Part shown: piece after piece, positions 52,353 to 64,000 of the stretch
How the letters are laid out: the number at the start of each line of letters is the position of its first letter
How positions within the stretch are numbered: the first letter of the stretch is position 1
Source: Laetmonice hystrix
Taxonomy: Eukaryota
Length of the DNA: 64,000 nucleotides
Direction: 5' to 3'
Assembly: GCA_965235115.1 (NCBI GenBank)
Contig: OZ249436.1
Span: forward strand, 54,562,001-54,626,000
Program-made: the position numbers and the translations under genes
The notes under the pieces: generated by a model
Told to the model about the DNA's origin: nothing
The model's database searches: none
Seen by the model: only the letters and a program-made list of their open reading frames with translations

Positions 52353-55138
52353 GAGGAAGGGGAGATGACAAGTCAATATCAAAAGATGGCAGGATTGTAA
52401 ACAATTTTTAGGGGATAGGGCTACGTCTTGATGGCAGAATCAGGAATGATTATACGAGTCGGCATTTTGTCAAGGTGAAATGATGACCTTTTTTCGGTAC
52501 AATTAAACCACATAGAACTCACAAACAACATAAAACAGGGGCAATATACAGTCTGCAGTATAGTTGAATAATACTGTTATTATACCAAACCATCTGGGAT
52601 GAATATGCATTAGCAAACGATCCTTGCTTTTATGCAGAACGTCCGTGCTACCGCTCAGACCTCCGTAACCCACCACAATGAGGCGTAAGGGGCCCTCATT
52701 GGCCTCGCGTCTGTTTTGTGACATCTGTACACCCACGCTCTGAGAGAGCAAGAAATAAAGAAGCTGTAGTTTGCAACTGGAGGTGGTGATTCAGTGACGG
52801 CGCCCCCCGACCCGGTGTCGTGCACGTGTCTGGATCATGTTAGTCATCCCGTCCGACCACCTCCGTCCCCCAGGGGATCCTCAACAATCGGTGTGAGCCA
52901 ACAATTCTTTACTACAGGCAGGAGGAGGAAGACAAGGTGTCACTGCCGCCGGTACTCAGTGAGATCGTGTTTATTGGGTTGGATCATATAGGTTTCTGGA
53001 GATTCAATCATTGGTCCTGTCACACTTTACTATCAGTAACTAGGCCAGGTCCACTAGTTTGTCTATTTTCTGTGGGTATACATTTATTGATTTATATAGT
53101 TTAAGGTCTTTATCTAAACTAGCAGTCCATGCCTTCATTTTGGATTAATGAAATAAGAGATATTTGGTGTTTGCTTTAAGGCCCTGTGCCCATGATAACA
53201 AAAGGTTAAACGAGAGGCTGAATTCTGTCTCCTCTACTCGTGTGGGCCTGTGTGTGATCTTTGTCTGATCTCAACTTTTCAGCTACATCTACCAGAGTTT
53301 TGATCTTGTTTACATCTTGAAGACGGTTAGATGAGTCACCATAAACATCTATAATACAAGTACTGAGAACATCCAGTGCTCAGACCAAGTTATCCTGAAA
53401 TAGTTTTTGCCCTAGCTCATTGAGAAAAGTATTGTTATTTTTTAAATACTTGATATTTTTACAGCCTTTCTTTTTCATTTAGTAACATGTATTATATAAT
53501 TTATCATCCGTTCGTCATTTTAAACTTTGGTATTCCATTTCGTTTGAGACTCGATCCTGATACTAGATCAGCAAATAGAATTGTGTAAGAATCCGTTGGA
53601 TCTTGATGTTGTTGCTAAAGGTACTTTGTTGTATGATACGGCGGGAGGAATGGTACATGACCCGCGGTTGACCTCGGAATATTGGACCCACATTGAAAAT
53701 TCTCTCCGTCATCCTCCTACAATAAACACGCATATGGCACCTGAGGGTGCCTGACCCTCTCCACTTCTGTGGACCGCAGCCCGGCCACCGGCTCGCACAA
53801 TACTACGTACACAGACCATAGCAAGGATTAAATTGCAGTTGAAAATGGGATGCTTCCATGCAGTCTGGTACAGGGAAAGATATAGTGCAGTCAGGCTATA
53901 CGAGTTTACTTACATGTATACCAGCCCGCCGAGCACAATGTGGACATCTCCGACATTTGGGGAATAAGCTGAAACAGACAGCTGCACATGGATCACATTT
54001 CGAGCAGAACGATTTAATATAGTTAATAGCATTCAAAGAATTGTAAAAGGGCGGATACAATCAACGTAAATATTCCCACAGAAAATATCTAGTCGTAAGC
54101 GGTTTGCGCCTCTTTTTCGCCATTGCTAATTCGACCCCCTCTACTCTACGTTTGTTAATCTAATTATAAAACGTGTATCACGCAGAGACGTGATTACTGA
54201 CGAGAACGCGCGAGAGGACTGAAGATAAGGGTGTGACATTTGGAACCATTACTAGACGCAGTTGTCCACGGCCCAGCTAAAGCATGCTGGGATCCACGTA
54301 GGATGCTGGGATCGATATGTGCCGCCCATACCGGATGATAAGGTCATGTGACTAATGATGCGTTACTTATTGCAGTAAATGACGCTTGCACACAGGACGT
54401 TCGTCCCCGGCTACATGATGGGTATACATCATTGAAGGGCCTCATCTTGGATGGTCAGAGGGCTCCATCAGTCTTTATAATGTCGAGCACATGTCTGATA
54501 GAACAAAGGAGATCATTAGCAAGCGTATAGAAGTAGGCCAATTCACTGGCATGGGAAACGCCGACCCAGCCTACCTATTTAATCAAGTTGATGGCAGTGT
54601 ATTTCCAGGTCCTCTATACGCGGCTGCGTTGTTAAATATTATACAAATATTGCACTTTCTAGAGTGCCATTATGTATTTTTTTGTATTTTGTACATTGAC
54701 ATCGCACGATGCCAGGTGTCGATACCATGTGTCAAATTGCACGCTTTCAGTATCAATTTCAAAAGTGCGATATATTATCGTACTGCACTCTCGCAAGTAT
54801 ATTGTTTAATTCTATATGACCAATGCTTGTTGATTGGCATTTGAGCAACGCTTGTTGATTGACATTGAATTGACAACATAATTCCCTTCTAATCCCTGTG
54901 GCTCTGAATCCGTGATTCTCATGATGGAAATTTATATTTTCGTGCAGTATGAATTCATACAGGATTTACGCCGAATTCAAGCAATACGATTTTAATTCGG
55001 TATGTGCAATCGACCAATCGTGGTAGACAAAAAGCATGGCGGCCATACTGTCTTGATTGGAGTTACCAAATGGACGCTTATCATCAGACTTCTATAAATA
55101 TGGCTAACTATGAATATGGGTTTCGATTAGGCAAGAAA

Positions 55139-55395
55139 CAGTGGCGGGTCCAAATGGGGGGGGGGGGCAAAGGGCCATTGCCCCCCCCCCCTAAAATTTG
55201 TCTAATGTACCAAATTGCACCCTTTTTCAAAATTCTCTAAGAGAGGCCCCTAGACCCCGCCGGTGAGAGGGAATATCCCTCCCATCGGTGGCGTTCCCCC
55301 AATGGCTGGCGCCCGTCATATTGATACAACACCAAATTTCAGCTGGATAAAATCAACTTTGGCCCCCCTAACCGACAATCCTGGATCCGCCCCTG
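55139..55395. mobile_element. CAG..CTG (hAT-like) element with 5-bp TSD
   Basis: AGAAA|CAGTGGCGGGTCCA...TGGATCCGCCCCTG|AGAAA. Confidence 0.8.
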
Positions 55396-55703
55396 AGAAA
55401 TGCATACCAATAGCACTGACACGAAGTATACTTTGTACCGACGGTCTGACATCGTGACATATCATGGATATCTGAAATGCCAGCCCCAGATGCCTGCATG
55501 ATTCCTGTTGTTTCAGACCTCGAGTTATCTGCTATAGACAGGCAGTAAAGCAACAATAAAAAAGAAAAAAAGGACGGTTCCTTTCAGATTTCGATTCTAT
55601 TAACAATGGTCGATTGCTTTTAGTTACATATGGTCGATATGTAATTTGAGAAAATAAAAGGTATATATATACAATGCAGAGTAATGTTCATCTTTCATAT
55701 TAA

Positions 55704-56005
55704 AGGGAATGTCTCATTCGCGGTATCGACCGAAATCTGAATATTTTACATATAATGATTCTGTTAAAACAGTAGACAGCTGTGAAATCCTCCCTGATGG
55801 TGGAAAAATCGTAAAAACTAGCAGGAGTGCACACAAACACGATGAATGCCGCCATTTTGGCATGTCGCGGATCGTTTGAACATTGTGTTGTTGTGCAGTA
55901 GAGCGCACCGTAACAGTCCGCAACGAATGTAGTTTCAGAATTCGTGAAAAAATATTCATGATTAACCCGAGCCACGTATGACTTGAAATTTGTGAGACAA
56001 CTCCT
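55704..56005. mobile_element. Kolobok-type MITE (old)
   Basis: TTAA|AGGGAATGTCTCA...TGAGACAACTCCT|TGAA, with an internal GCCGCCATTTTG. Confidence 0.6.
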
Positions 56006-56611
56006 TGAAAGTGCACGAACAATTCACAGCTAAACACTCCACCACACACCATATAAAGAACCGGTGGCAAGGTTTTTCGACCTTGCTATATACTGGCTGT
56101 CCACCACTAATTTAATATGAAGCATTTGGATTTGTGTGTGTGTGCGGGGGGGGGGGGGGGGTAACACGGAGAACTCTGGGTGATGCGCGCTGGGTCAAGC
56201 ATCAAGCCATTTTTTTGCAGAATAAGTCATCCCGCCGGCGAAATCTGCCTCTGAAGTTGATGTCAAATGTCGGTGTACGGATATGGAGATGAGCAGAGTA
56301 TCCAGACAGTCATATCTAAGATGTTAATATGCTGCGCCATAACGTCTGGCTCAGCAGTAGTATAACATCTGCATCAAATGTTCTCATTATGTAGGTTTTA
56401 TTTAACAATCGAGTTTCATTGAAATAAGTTACCATTGATAATACCGTTGATAATACAGATAATTCGAATTACTAGCATCGTAAAGGCAAAACCTATACTT
56501 TACAATGCAATGAAACGCAACACAGTTTTAATAAGAATACAAATAAATATGGAATGACGGTTTCAGTGGTCGCGGTCTTGGCTTCTTCATCATTCCTATG
56601 ACAACATTTGT

Positions 56612-57060
56612 CATCCAGAGAGTGATTAGTGTAGTTGTATGTGTATCGAACAGATTACATCCAGAGTGATCAGTGTAGTTGTATGTGTATCGAACAGATT
56701 ACATCCAGAGAGTGATTAGTGTAGTTGTATGTGTATCGAACAAATTACATCCAGAGTGATTAGTGTAGTTGTATGTGTATCGAACAGATTACATCCAGAG
56801 AGTGATTAGTGTAGTTGTATGTGTATCGAACAGATTACATCCAGAGAGTGATTAGTGTAGTTGTATGTGTATCGAACAGATTACATCCAGAGAGTGATTA
56901 GTGTAGTTGTATGTGTATCGAACAGATTACATCCAGAGAGTGATTAGTGTAGTTGTATGTGTATCGAACAGATTACATCCAGAGAGTGATTAGTGTAGTT
57001 GTATGTGTATCGAACAGATTACACCCAGAGAGTGATTAGTGTAGTTGTATGTGTATCGAA
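56612..57060. repeat. 46-bp minisatellite, ~10 units
   Basis: Unit CATCCAGAGAGTGATTAGTGTAGTTGTATGTGTATCGAACAGATTA, near-identical copies. Confidence 0.95.
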
Positions 57061-58360
57061 GAGGTATTTCATGTCGAAAATATTATTATCTTAATCACGC
57101 ATTTGTCTAAATTCTTTGTCTTGTTGATGAAGCCATCAAATTTGAGTGCGAATCAAAAGTCAAATGGCTATGGTTATTTTTCATGTCAAACAATGTCAAA
57201 AGTGACATTGTAAACAATCAAGGTTAAATCACGATTAAGGGGGAGGGGGGCAGGGAGCCGGTGGGGAAAAATAGAGACAACATGACATAGCCGCCTACAC
57301 TACTTTTCACATGCAACTCATGTCATTATAAAAATGTTGACCCTAGACCTACTGAGGGCATTCTGATTGTCACGTGTAACTACCGTGATCCTGGGTCCAG
57401 ACGGCCGTGACGTCACACGCTGCAGACGACTATGACATTAGACATAGACGGTGCAGTAATAAACTCCACCTGTGAAGCAGTGTTTGGAAGTGACTCGACG
57501 CGCGCTGTCTGGCCATCAAATAACTCACTCTGCCCCGTGACGCCTCCGCCGGGATGGGCTGGGCGGCGACTGACGCTTTTGAAGGTCCATAAACAAAGTC
57601 CCGCCCCCAGAACCTCGTCAACCAGACGGAATTCAGCCGTCAGGTGTGTGACTCATGGCTGATAGAGAAGTGTGATGCTCTTTCAATGATCTCATATCTG
57701 GGAAGGAAGGTGGGGGTCGGAAGGGGGGGGGGGGTGATGGAGAAGGGTGACCCATATCGTGAGTTAGAATGTCTGCTGGCTGATGATTTTAGACCCAAGG
57801 ATGGCCTGGCCGAGTGCATGGACTTCACATGCCTTGAAATTTTTCCTTAAAAATTAATCGCATACCATCTGGAGTGGACTGGAAAAACTGTCTGAATTGA
57901 TTGTAGATAGGCAGATCGTATTGGTAAAAACCCTAACTCTCTTCTCTGACCACAATCTAGACATTTAGGTGGCTCTCTGGTCAGCTGTCAGCCTCCTTCA
58001 CTATTTGCGACATTTTCGGCCGAGAACTCTTGGGTGATAATTATTATTATTATAACAGAAACTCCCACACTGAGGTAGTCGCAAACCTAATTCCTATTTG
58101 ACCGACCTAAAATATGTCAAGTTGCAGCATCTAGGGTCATCTGACCTTAACATGGAGTCATGTAAAATGGCCATCACAGCATCAGGAGGTGGAACAAACT
58201 CAGCATCCGGACCCGTTTCAATTATTTTGGACCCTCGTCCTCTCACCAGGTGTCGGCAAACTGTTTACCTTCTCCACACCTTCCCGGCATCCTCTCGCTG
58301 ACCTACAGACCTGAACTTCCAGTTCCAGCCGACATTCCTATCCAGCCGCATAAATGGACC

Positions 58361-58521
58361 CAGTGGCGTATCCGGGTGGGGGATGGGGTGCCCGGAAACC
58401 CCCTCTCCCAGGCAATAACATGATAACATGGAAATTTTATCATTTGCAACTTTGGAACCGCCCCCTCCCCCCTCCCAATCTTTTTGACCCCCTCCCCCGA
58501 GCAATCCTAGCTACACCACTG
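58361..58521. mobile_element. Small CAGTGGCGTA..TACACCACTG element
   Basis: Short TIR and G/C tracts; TSD not evident. Confidence 0.55.
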
Positions 58522-58569
58522 GAAACCGTCCATTTCTTTACATTTAGATTTTGGTGCATGGGACAGGAA

Positions 58570-59545
58570 CTGTCGCCACCCTCGCGGTTGGAACATATAC
58601 ATTGGTCCAACGTTGGCAGTTAGTTATTACTATTGCCATCCTGTCCCAGTTGGAAAGAACTACGTTGGCCAGACGTTGGTAGTTGGAACCTGGTTGGAAC
58701 ACCCACGTTGGCCCACTGTTGGCATTTTGTCGGTACTATCGCCACCCTCTTTGTTAGAACCCTGTTGGAACATCCATGTTGGGCCAACGTTGGTATTTAA
58801 TCAACACTGTCGCCACCCTCTTTGTTGGAACCCGGCTGGGAAACGTCACATTTCCCCAATGTTGGCATTTAGTCAGTACTATTGCCACCCTCTTTGTTGG
58901 ATCCTGAGTGGAACACCCATGTTGGCCCAATGTTGGTATTTATTCAGCACTGTCGCCACCTTTCTTGTTGGAACCCGGTTGGAACATCCATGTTGGGCCA
59001 ACGTTGGTATTTATTCAGCACTGTTGCCAGCTTTGGAGTTGGGACCCCGTTGGAACACACACGTTGACCCAATGTTGGTATTTAGTCAGCACTATTGCCA
59101 CACTCTTTGTTGGAACCCAGTTCAGACATCCATGTTGGCCCAACGTTTGTATTTAGTCAGCATTGCCGTCAGCCTCTTTGTTGGAACCCGTTTGGTCGGC
59201 AGTGCCGCCAGCTTTGGAGTTGGGACCCGTTTGGAACATCCATGTTGGCCCAACGTTGGTATTTGTTCAGCACTGTCGCCAGCCTTAGAGTTGGGACCCG
59301 GTTGGAACACCCACGTTGGCCCAACGTTGGCATTTAGTCAGCACTGCCGTCAGCCTCTTTGTTGGAACCCGTTTGGAACACCAATGTTGGCCCAACGTTG
59401 GCATTTGGTCGGCACTGTCGCCAGCTTTGGAGTTGGGACCCGGTTGGAACATCCATGTTGGCCCAACGTTGGTATTTAGTCAGTACTATTTCCACCCTCT
59501 TTGTTGGAACCCAGTTGGAACACCAATGTTGGCCCAACGTTAGAA
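58570..59545. repeat. ~71-bp diverged tandem repeat rich in CCAACGTTGG palindromes (possibly TE-internal)
   Basis: Period 71 (e.g. 58967 to 59038), ~13 units. It accounts for the 288-aa ORF. Confidence 0.85.
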
Positions 59546-60480
59546 TTTTTCTCTACCTAGCAGGCGCTAGGTGGCGCTGTTATCAGTGAGATTGACTAGA
59601 CTGTCTCAAATACAGTCCAGGTTAGCTTTTAGCGACTTCAAGTCATTCGCACGTAATACAAGAACAGCTATTCATTGTGTAAAATTACGCTTTATTTGTT
59701 CTTTGATTGTAAAAAGAACAAAATAGGGGGGGGGGGGGGGGGGCAATAGACATTTGTAATCTCAAACTTTCTGTAGGACAGATTGGTCGGCTATTCGATT
59801 CGTGATGTTCTTGAAGCATCCGGTATGGCTCTGTCTGTTTCGGGTAGGTGATTCAGCCAGCCAAGCCGGTCGACTCTTGTATCGGCAGCCGCTCGAGGCG
59901 CACGCGCAGGTTATTGAGCCGCGGGCAGCGATGGGCTTCGTGATTAATGTATGGGTAGACTCGGCGGGGCGGTCAGTGGTCGCATCTCGGGGCAAAGACC
60001 CCGTGAACCGTCATCCCGAGCCAGCGTCCCCCCACCCATCGCCGTCAACACCCTCCCTCACCCAACCCACCGGCCGATGGTCTGCCGGGAACTCCTGCCA
60101 GCCCCTCAGGTAACCCCGGAATACCGTAACATTATTCATCACTCATACCAGAAGTCACTTTGTAAAGGGCGCGCTGCACTGGGACCTCACCACCTAACCA
60201 TGGCAGCGTGGCAGTAATGACGGATAGATCACGACCTTTACTATAAGCCCGTGTGGTTACTGAACGACAGCAGTTTATTCCTTCAATTTTATGGGAAGCT
60301 TACTCGAGTGGGATATGTAGGTGGGTGATGGGCCCGAGGGACGGGGCTTGGAGTGGAAGCAGTCAATTATAGCAGTAGAAGCAGTCAGATATTTCAGTAT
60401 TTTGCCAGTGTCTGGGATATGGCTGGCTTCCAATGTATAAACAGCTCTGTCAAACCGGGGCTGGCTAACTGTGGTTCTAA

Positions 60481-60651
60481 AGCTGTGTACACATGTAGCG
60501 TTTTTGCGGCAACTGCAACGATAATGCGGCAATGCGGCAGCGGCCAAAAAAATCGCCAAAATGAAATCCAGTGAATGTGTACACATGCGCACGGTAACGG
60601 CAATACGACTATCCGACTATTTGCCAGGCACATAGACATGTGTTCACAGCT
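60481..60651. mobile_element. PIF/Harbinger-type MITE, 171 bp
   Basis: TAA|AGCTGTGTACACATGT...ACATGTGTTCACAGCT|TTA. Confidence 0.8.
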
Positions 60652-61664
60652 TTACCCTATACCTGGGATGGGTCTGGTCGGCTACCAGTGCTTTTACCAA
60701 TAGCCATATGATATATTGATAACATATCTTCACCAACGTTCTCCCAAGAGTAGTGCTGAAAATGTTGTCTAATTCCTCATCCCGAATGGCGGGACATGTG
60801 TTATAAGCAGAAAAACGTTTTAATAAGATCCATAGCCCACACTACTCATGTTGCACTGAAGAATAATTGTTGGCATTCAAATTCAGGTTGAATAGCCGTA
60901 AATTCATTTGGAGGCCAATCCTACTCACGTGCATGGTACAATGCGAGTCAGACAGTGATCTCGAATCCTTTTCAAAGAAAAATGAAGTATTGTATTGTAG
61001 AGTATCGACTCTTCATGTATCTAAATGCGTTTGATTTATTATTTGACTTGTAGCTTCTATAGCCTGGCTGGCCGTGACGAGTCGTCATTAGGTTTATTGA
61101 CTTATTGATTCGTTGTACCATGAATGGGTGCGAATTGAGCGATGTGGGCCAACACGAGCCACAGGAGGCAGCCCGCCTCTCTCGGCCGGACTGGGTTGGT
61201 GGGCGGTGGTGGTGGTGGTGGTGGTGGGTGGGGGGCTCCCGTCTCAGGGAACCATGTTGTTTCATCATTGCATTCAGAGTACATCTGTCTGTATACACGG
61301 CCATTCACCCCCGACTGCAGCGGGAACTGGCGGATATGGTAGCGTGATCCATATGATGGATAGGCCTATATGTTATAGAGTTCTATTTTTCTCTTCCTTC
61401 ATACAACGCTTCCCAGTCACAAAGGGTGTGCATGTTTCCGTTGGAACTTTACAGAACGAAAAAAAAAGAGAGAAAAAACAAAGGTTTCCAAGGGGGTTGC
61501 AACTGGAACCACTGTAACCACCGTAACTCCACTGTATCTGTCCATTGCTGACAGAAACACCCACTCAATTTTAGAGCAATAACTCAAAGGTATCTGCGAC
61601 ATAGGGGTAATTTCTAGGGACGCTTACTGAAAAGATGCAACATTACTCGCGACAAAATAGTTAA

Positions 61665-62800
61665 GTACCTCCAGTACATGCCACATGTGGCGTGAAGACC
61701 TCCAATACATGACAGATATTGCGATGCTAACAGTGAAGACCTCCAGTATGTCATGACAGATATGGCGATGCTAACAGTGAAGTCCTCCAGTATGTCATGA
61801 CAGATATGGCGATGCTAACAGTGAAGTCCTCCAGTATGTCATGACAGATGTGGCGATGCTAACAGTGAAGTCCCTCCAGTACATGGCAGATGTGGCGATA
61901 CCAACAGTGAAGTCCCTCCAGTACATGACAGATGTGACGATGCTAATCGTAAAGTCCTCCAGTACATGACAGATGTGGCGATGCTAACAGTGAAGTCCCT
62001 CCAGTACATGGCAGATGTGGCGATACCAACAGTGAAGTCCCTCCAGTAAATGGCAGATGTGGCGATACCAACAGTGAAGTCCCCCCAGTATACATGACAG
62101 ATGTGGCGATGCTAACAGTGAAGTCCCTCCAGTATACATGACAGATGTGGTGATGCTAACAGTGAAGTCCCCCCAGTATACATGACAGATGTGGCGATGC
62201 TAACAGTGAAGTCCCCCCAGTATACATGACAGATGTGGCGATGCTAATCGTAAAGTCCTCCAGTACATGACAGATGTGGCGATGCTAACAGTGAAGTCCC
62301 TCCAGTACATGGCAGGTGTGGCGATACCAACAGTGAAGTCCCTCCAGTAAATGGCAGATGTGGCGATACCAACAGTGAAGTCCCTCCAGTACATGACAGA
62401 TGTGGCGATGCTAATCGTAAAGTCCTCCAGTACATGACAGATGTGGCGATGCTAACAGTGAAGTCCTCCAGTACATGGCAGATGTGGCGATGCTAACAGT
62501 GAAGTCCCTCCAGTAAATGGCAGATGTGGCGATGCTAACAGTGAAGTCCCTCCAGTAAATGGCAGATGTGGCGATACCAACAGTGAAGTCCCCCCAGTAT
62601 ACATGACAGATGTGGCGATGCTAATCGTAAAGTCCTCCAGTACATGACAGATGTGGCGATGCTAACAGTGAAGTCCTCCAGTACATGGCAGATGTGGCGA
62701 TGCTAACAGTGAAGTCCCTCCAGTAAATGGCAGATGTGGCGATACGAACAGTGAAGTCCCCCCAGTATACATGACAGATGTGGCGATGCTAACCTTGAAG
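61665..62800. repeat. 41-44-bp minisatellite, ~26 units
   Basis: Unit CCTCCAGTACATGACAGATGTGGCGATGCTAACAGTGAAGTC, with recurring multi-unit variant blocks. Confidence 0.95.
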
Positions 62801-63822
62801 TTCATCAAGAATGGAACCACACATGGATGGATTTCATGTCAGCCGGCATATTTTCTGATCCGTCAGTGACAAAAACCATTGATCGGGGCTGTTTAGTGTC
62901 TTCAGAAGGCACTGTCGGATCTGGTGGACAGGCTCAGGTCTCTCTGAGGATACACGAATCACGGTAGACCGAACTGAATGTATGTCCTCGATATGGACGA
63001 ACTGGGCGTTCGACCGACATGTTGGGGTAAGATGTCAGACGCCGCTGCTATCACGTGACGGTGTAGAGATCACGTGACAGCCTCGCGAGGCGCCATACGT
63101 AACACGGTAAATGAAATTTAATTTGATCTTCGCGCGGTCATTAACACTACTGTTATGTGGCCGAGTAAATCCTCTAAAGGTTCATTGCTCCATATTCCTC
63201 AATCCTATGATAATAAAAATACATTGTATCCAGTTTCTGGGCCGGTTTTAGATCAAATATTAGGTAGCCTCGATTGCGCGATGTGAAGATGTGAAAAGTG
63301 CAAAAAGTTGAGGAAAGCGAACTTTAGTCCGGATGATTTAAGAGCCAGCGCCTGTTGTAGGCTGAAGCAGCGGTCTGTTGGCGTCCATACTTATTAAAGC
63401 GATCGCTGTGGAATAGCAGTGTCTACATGGCTGACAGACTGGTACTTGATGTGTTTGACACTTGTTGATGGTTGGCGACGGGTGATCGTCGGTCATAATC
63501 GGCGCGTGTCGCTGCCGGTCGGTATGAGTCGGCGGGTGTGGGGCGGTCATGACTGTTATGAGCAGCGTGTCTCGTAGGGAGAGGTGATCAGGTAGAAGGA
63601 AGTAGGGAGGGCGTCTGGCGTCTAGCAATGATACATTTTTATGTTCTGATTAATAACCAGGTGCTCTGCTGCACTGCCGCTAAGCCTGCGGATGTCCGTA
63701 CCGTCTGGTGATGGGGTCGCAGAGCTATTAGTCACATTAACTCCTGCCAGCAGATCCCCGTCTGAGGCAGGAACCAGCATGGAATATTCATGAATCAGCC
63801 TGATGCGCATATAGATAGAACG

Positions 63823-63844
63823 AAAGAGAAAAAGAAAGAAAGAG

Positions 63845-63875
<31 letters not shown>

Positions 63876-63903
63876 AAAAGGGGAAAAGAAAGAGAAAAAG
63901 AAG
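63823..63903. repeat. (GAAA)n purine tract
   Basis: Seen directly in the sequence. Confidence 0.9.
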
Positions 63904-63959
63904 ACCCCGTCTTCTGCATCCCAGTCAAGGCTTGCTCTCGGCTTTGTCTGCCTTTGTAG

Positions 63960-64000
63960 GAGGCAATGTCGGTACAGTAGAGGTAACCAAATGTTGCCGT
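63960..64000 (+). CDS. Candidate next exon of the 49885 gene (phase 1: GGNVGTVEVTKCCR...)
   Basis: Pyrimidine-rich acceptor ctttgtctgcctttgtag. The frame is open in phase 1 to the window end, but the stretch is too short to confirm. Confidence 0.25.

Noticed and set aside
58613..59479. 288-aa ORF
   Set aside because: It cycles through the frames of a 71-bp repeat.

Overview
Animal genomic DNA, most likely an invertebrate (inference from GT-AG split genes and the repeat families seen); it is not prokaryotic. Little of the window codes for protein. (1) Three spliced coding exons of a PTCD1-like mitochondrial PPR-protein gene on the minus strand (40158-39515, 37038-36918, 35929-35789); I could not find its 3' exons in the remaining 35 kb. 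(2) A first coding exon (49885-50449, +) of an uncharacterised protein with an apparent ParB/sulfiredoxin-like domain in which the usual Arg-Arg motif reads NNSQL. (3) A probable short first coding exon of another minus-strand gene (5501-5432). The rest is intron or intergenic DNA filled with unrelated minisatellite arrays and non-autonomous DNA transposons: Kolobok-type (TTAA), PIF/Harbinger-type (TWA/CWG), CAG..CTG elements with 5-bp TSDs, and Academ-, EnSpm- and Ginger-like ends. Decayed LINE fragments are also present. Most long ORFs in the track are tandem-repeat artefacts. The most striking feature is a 61-bp array that has amplified the PTCD1 exon-2 splice acceptor about 12 times, each unit reading as a GT..branch..AG mini-intron plus a 20-nt mini-exon. 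All protein and TE family assignments are from recalled motifs, not database searches. No CRISPR array, rRNA or convincing tRNA was found.
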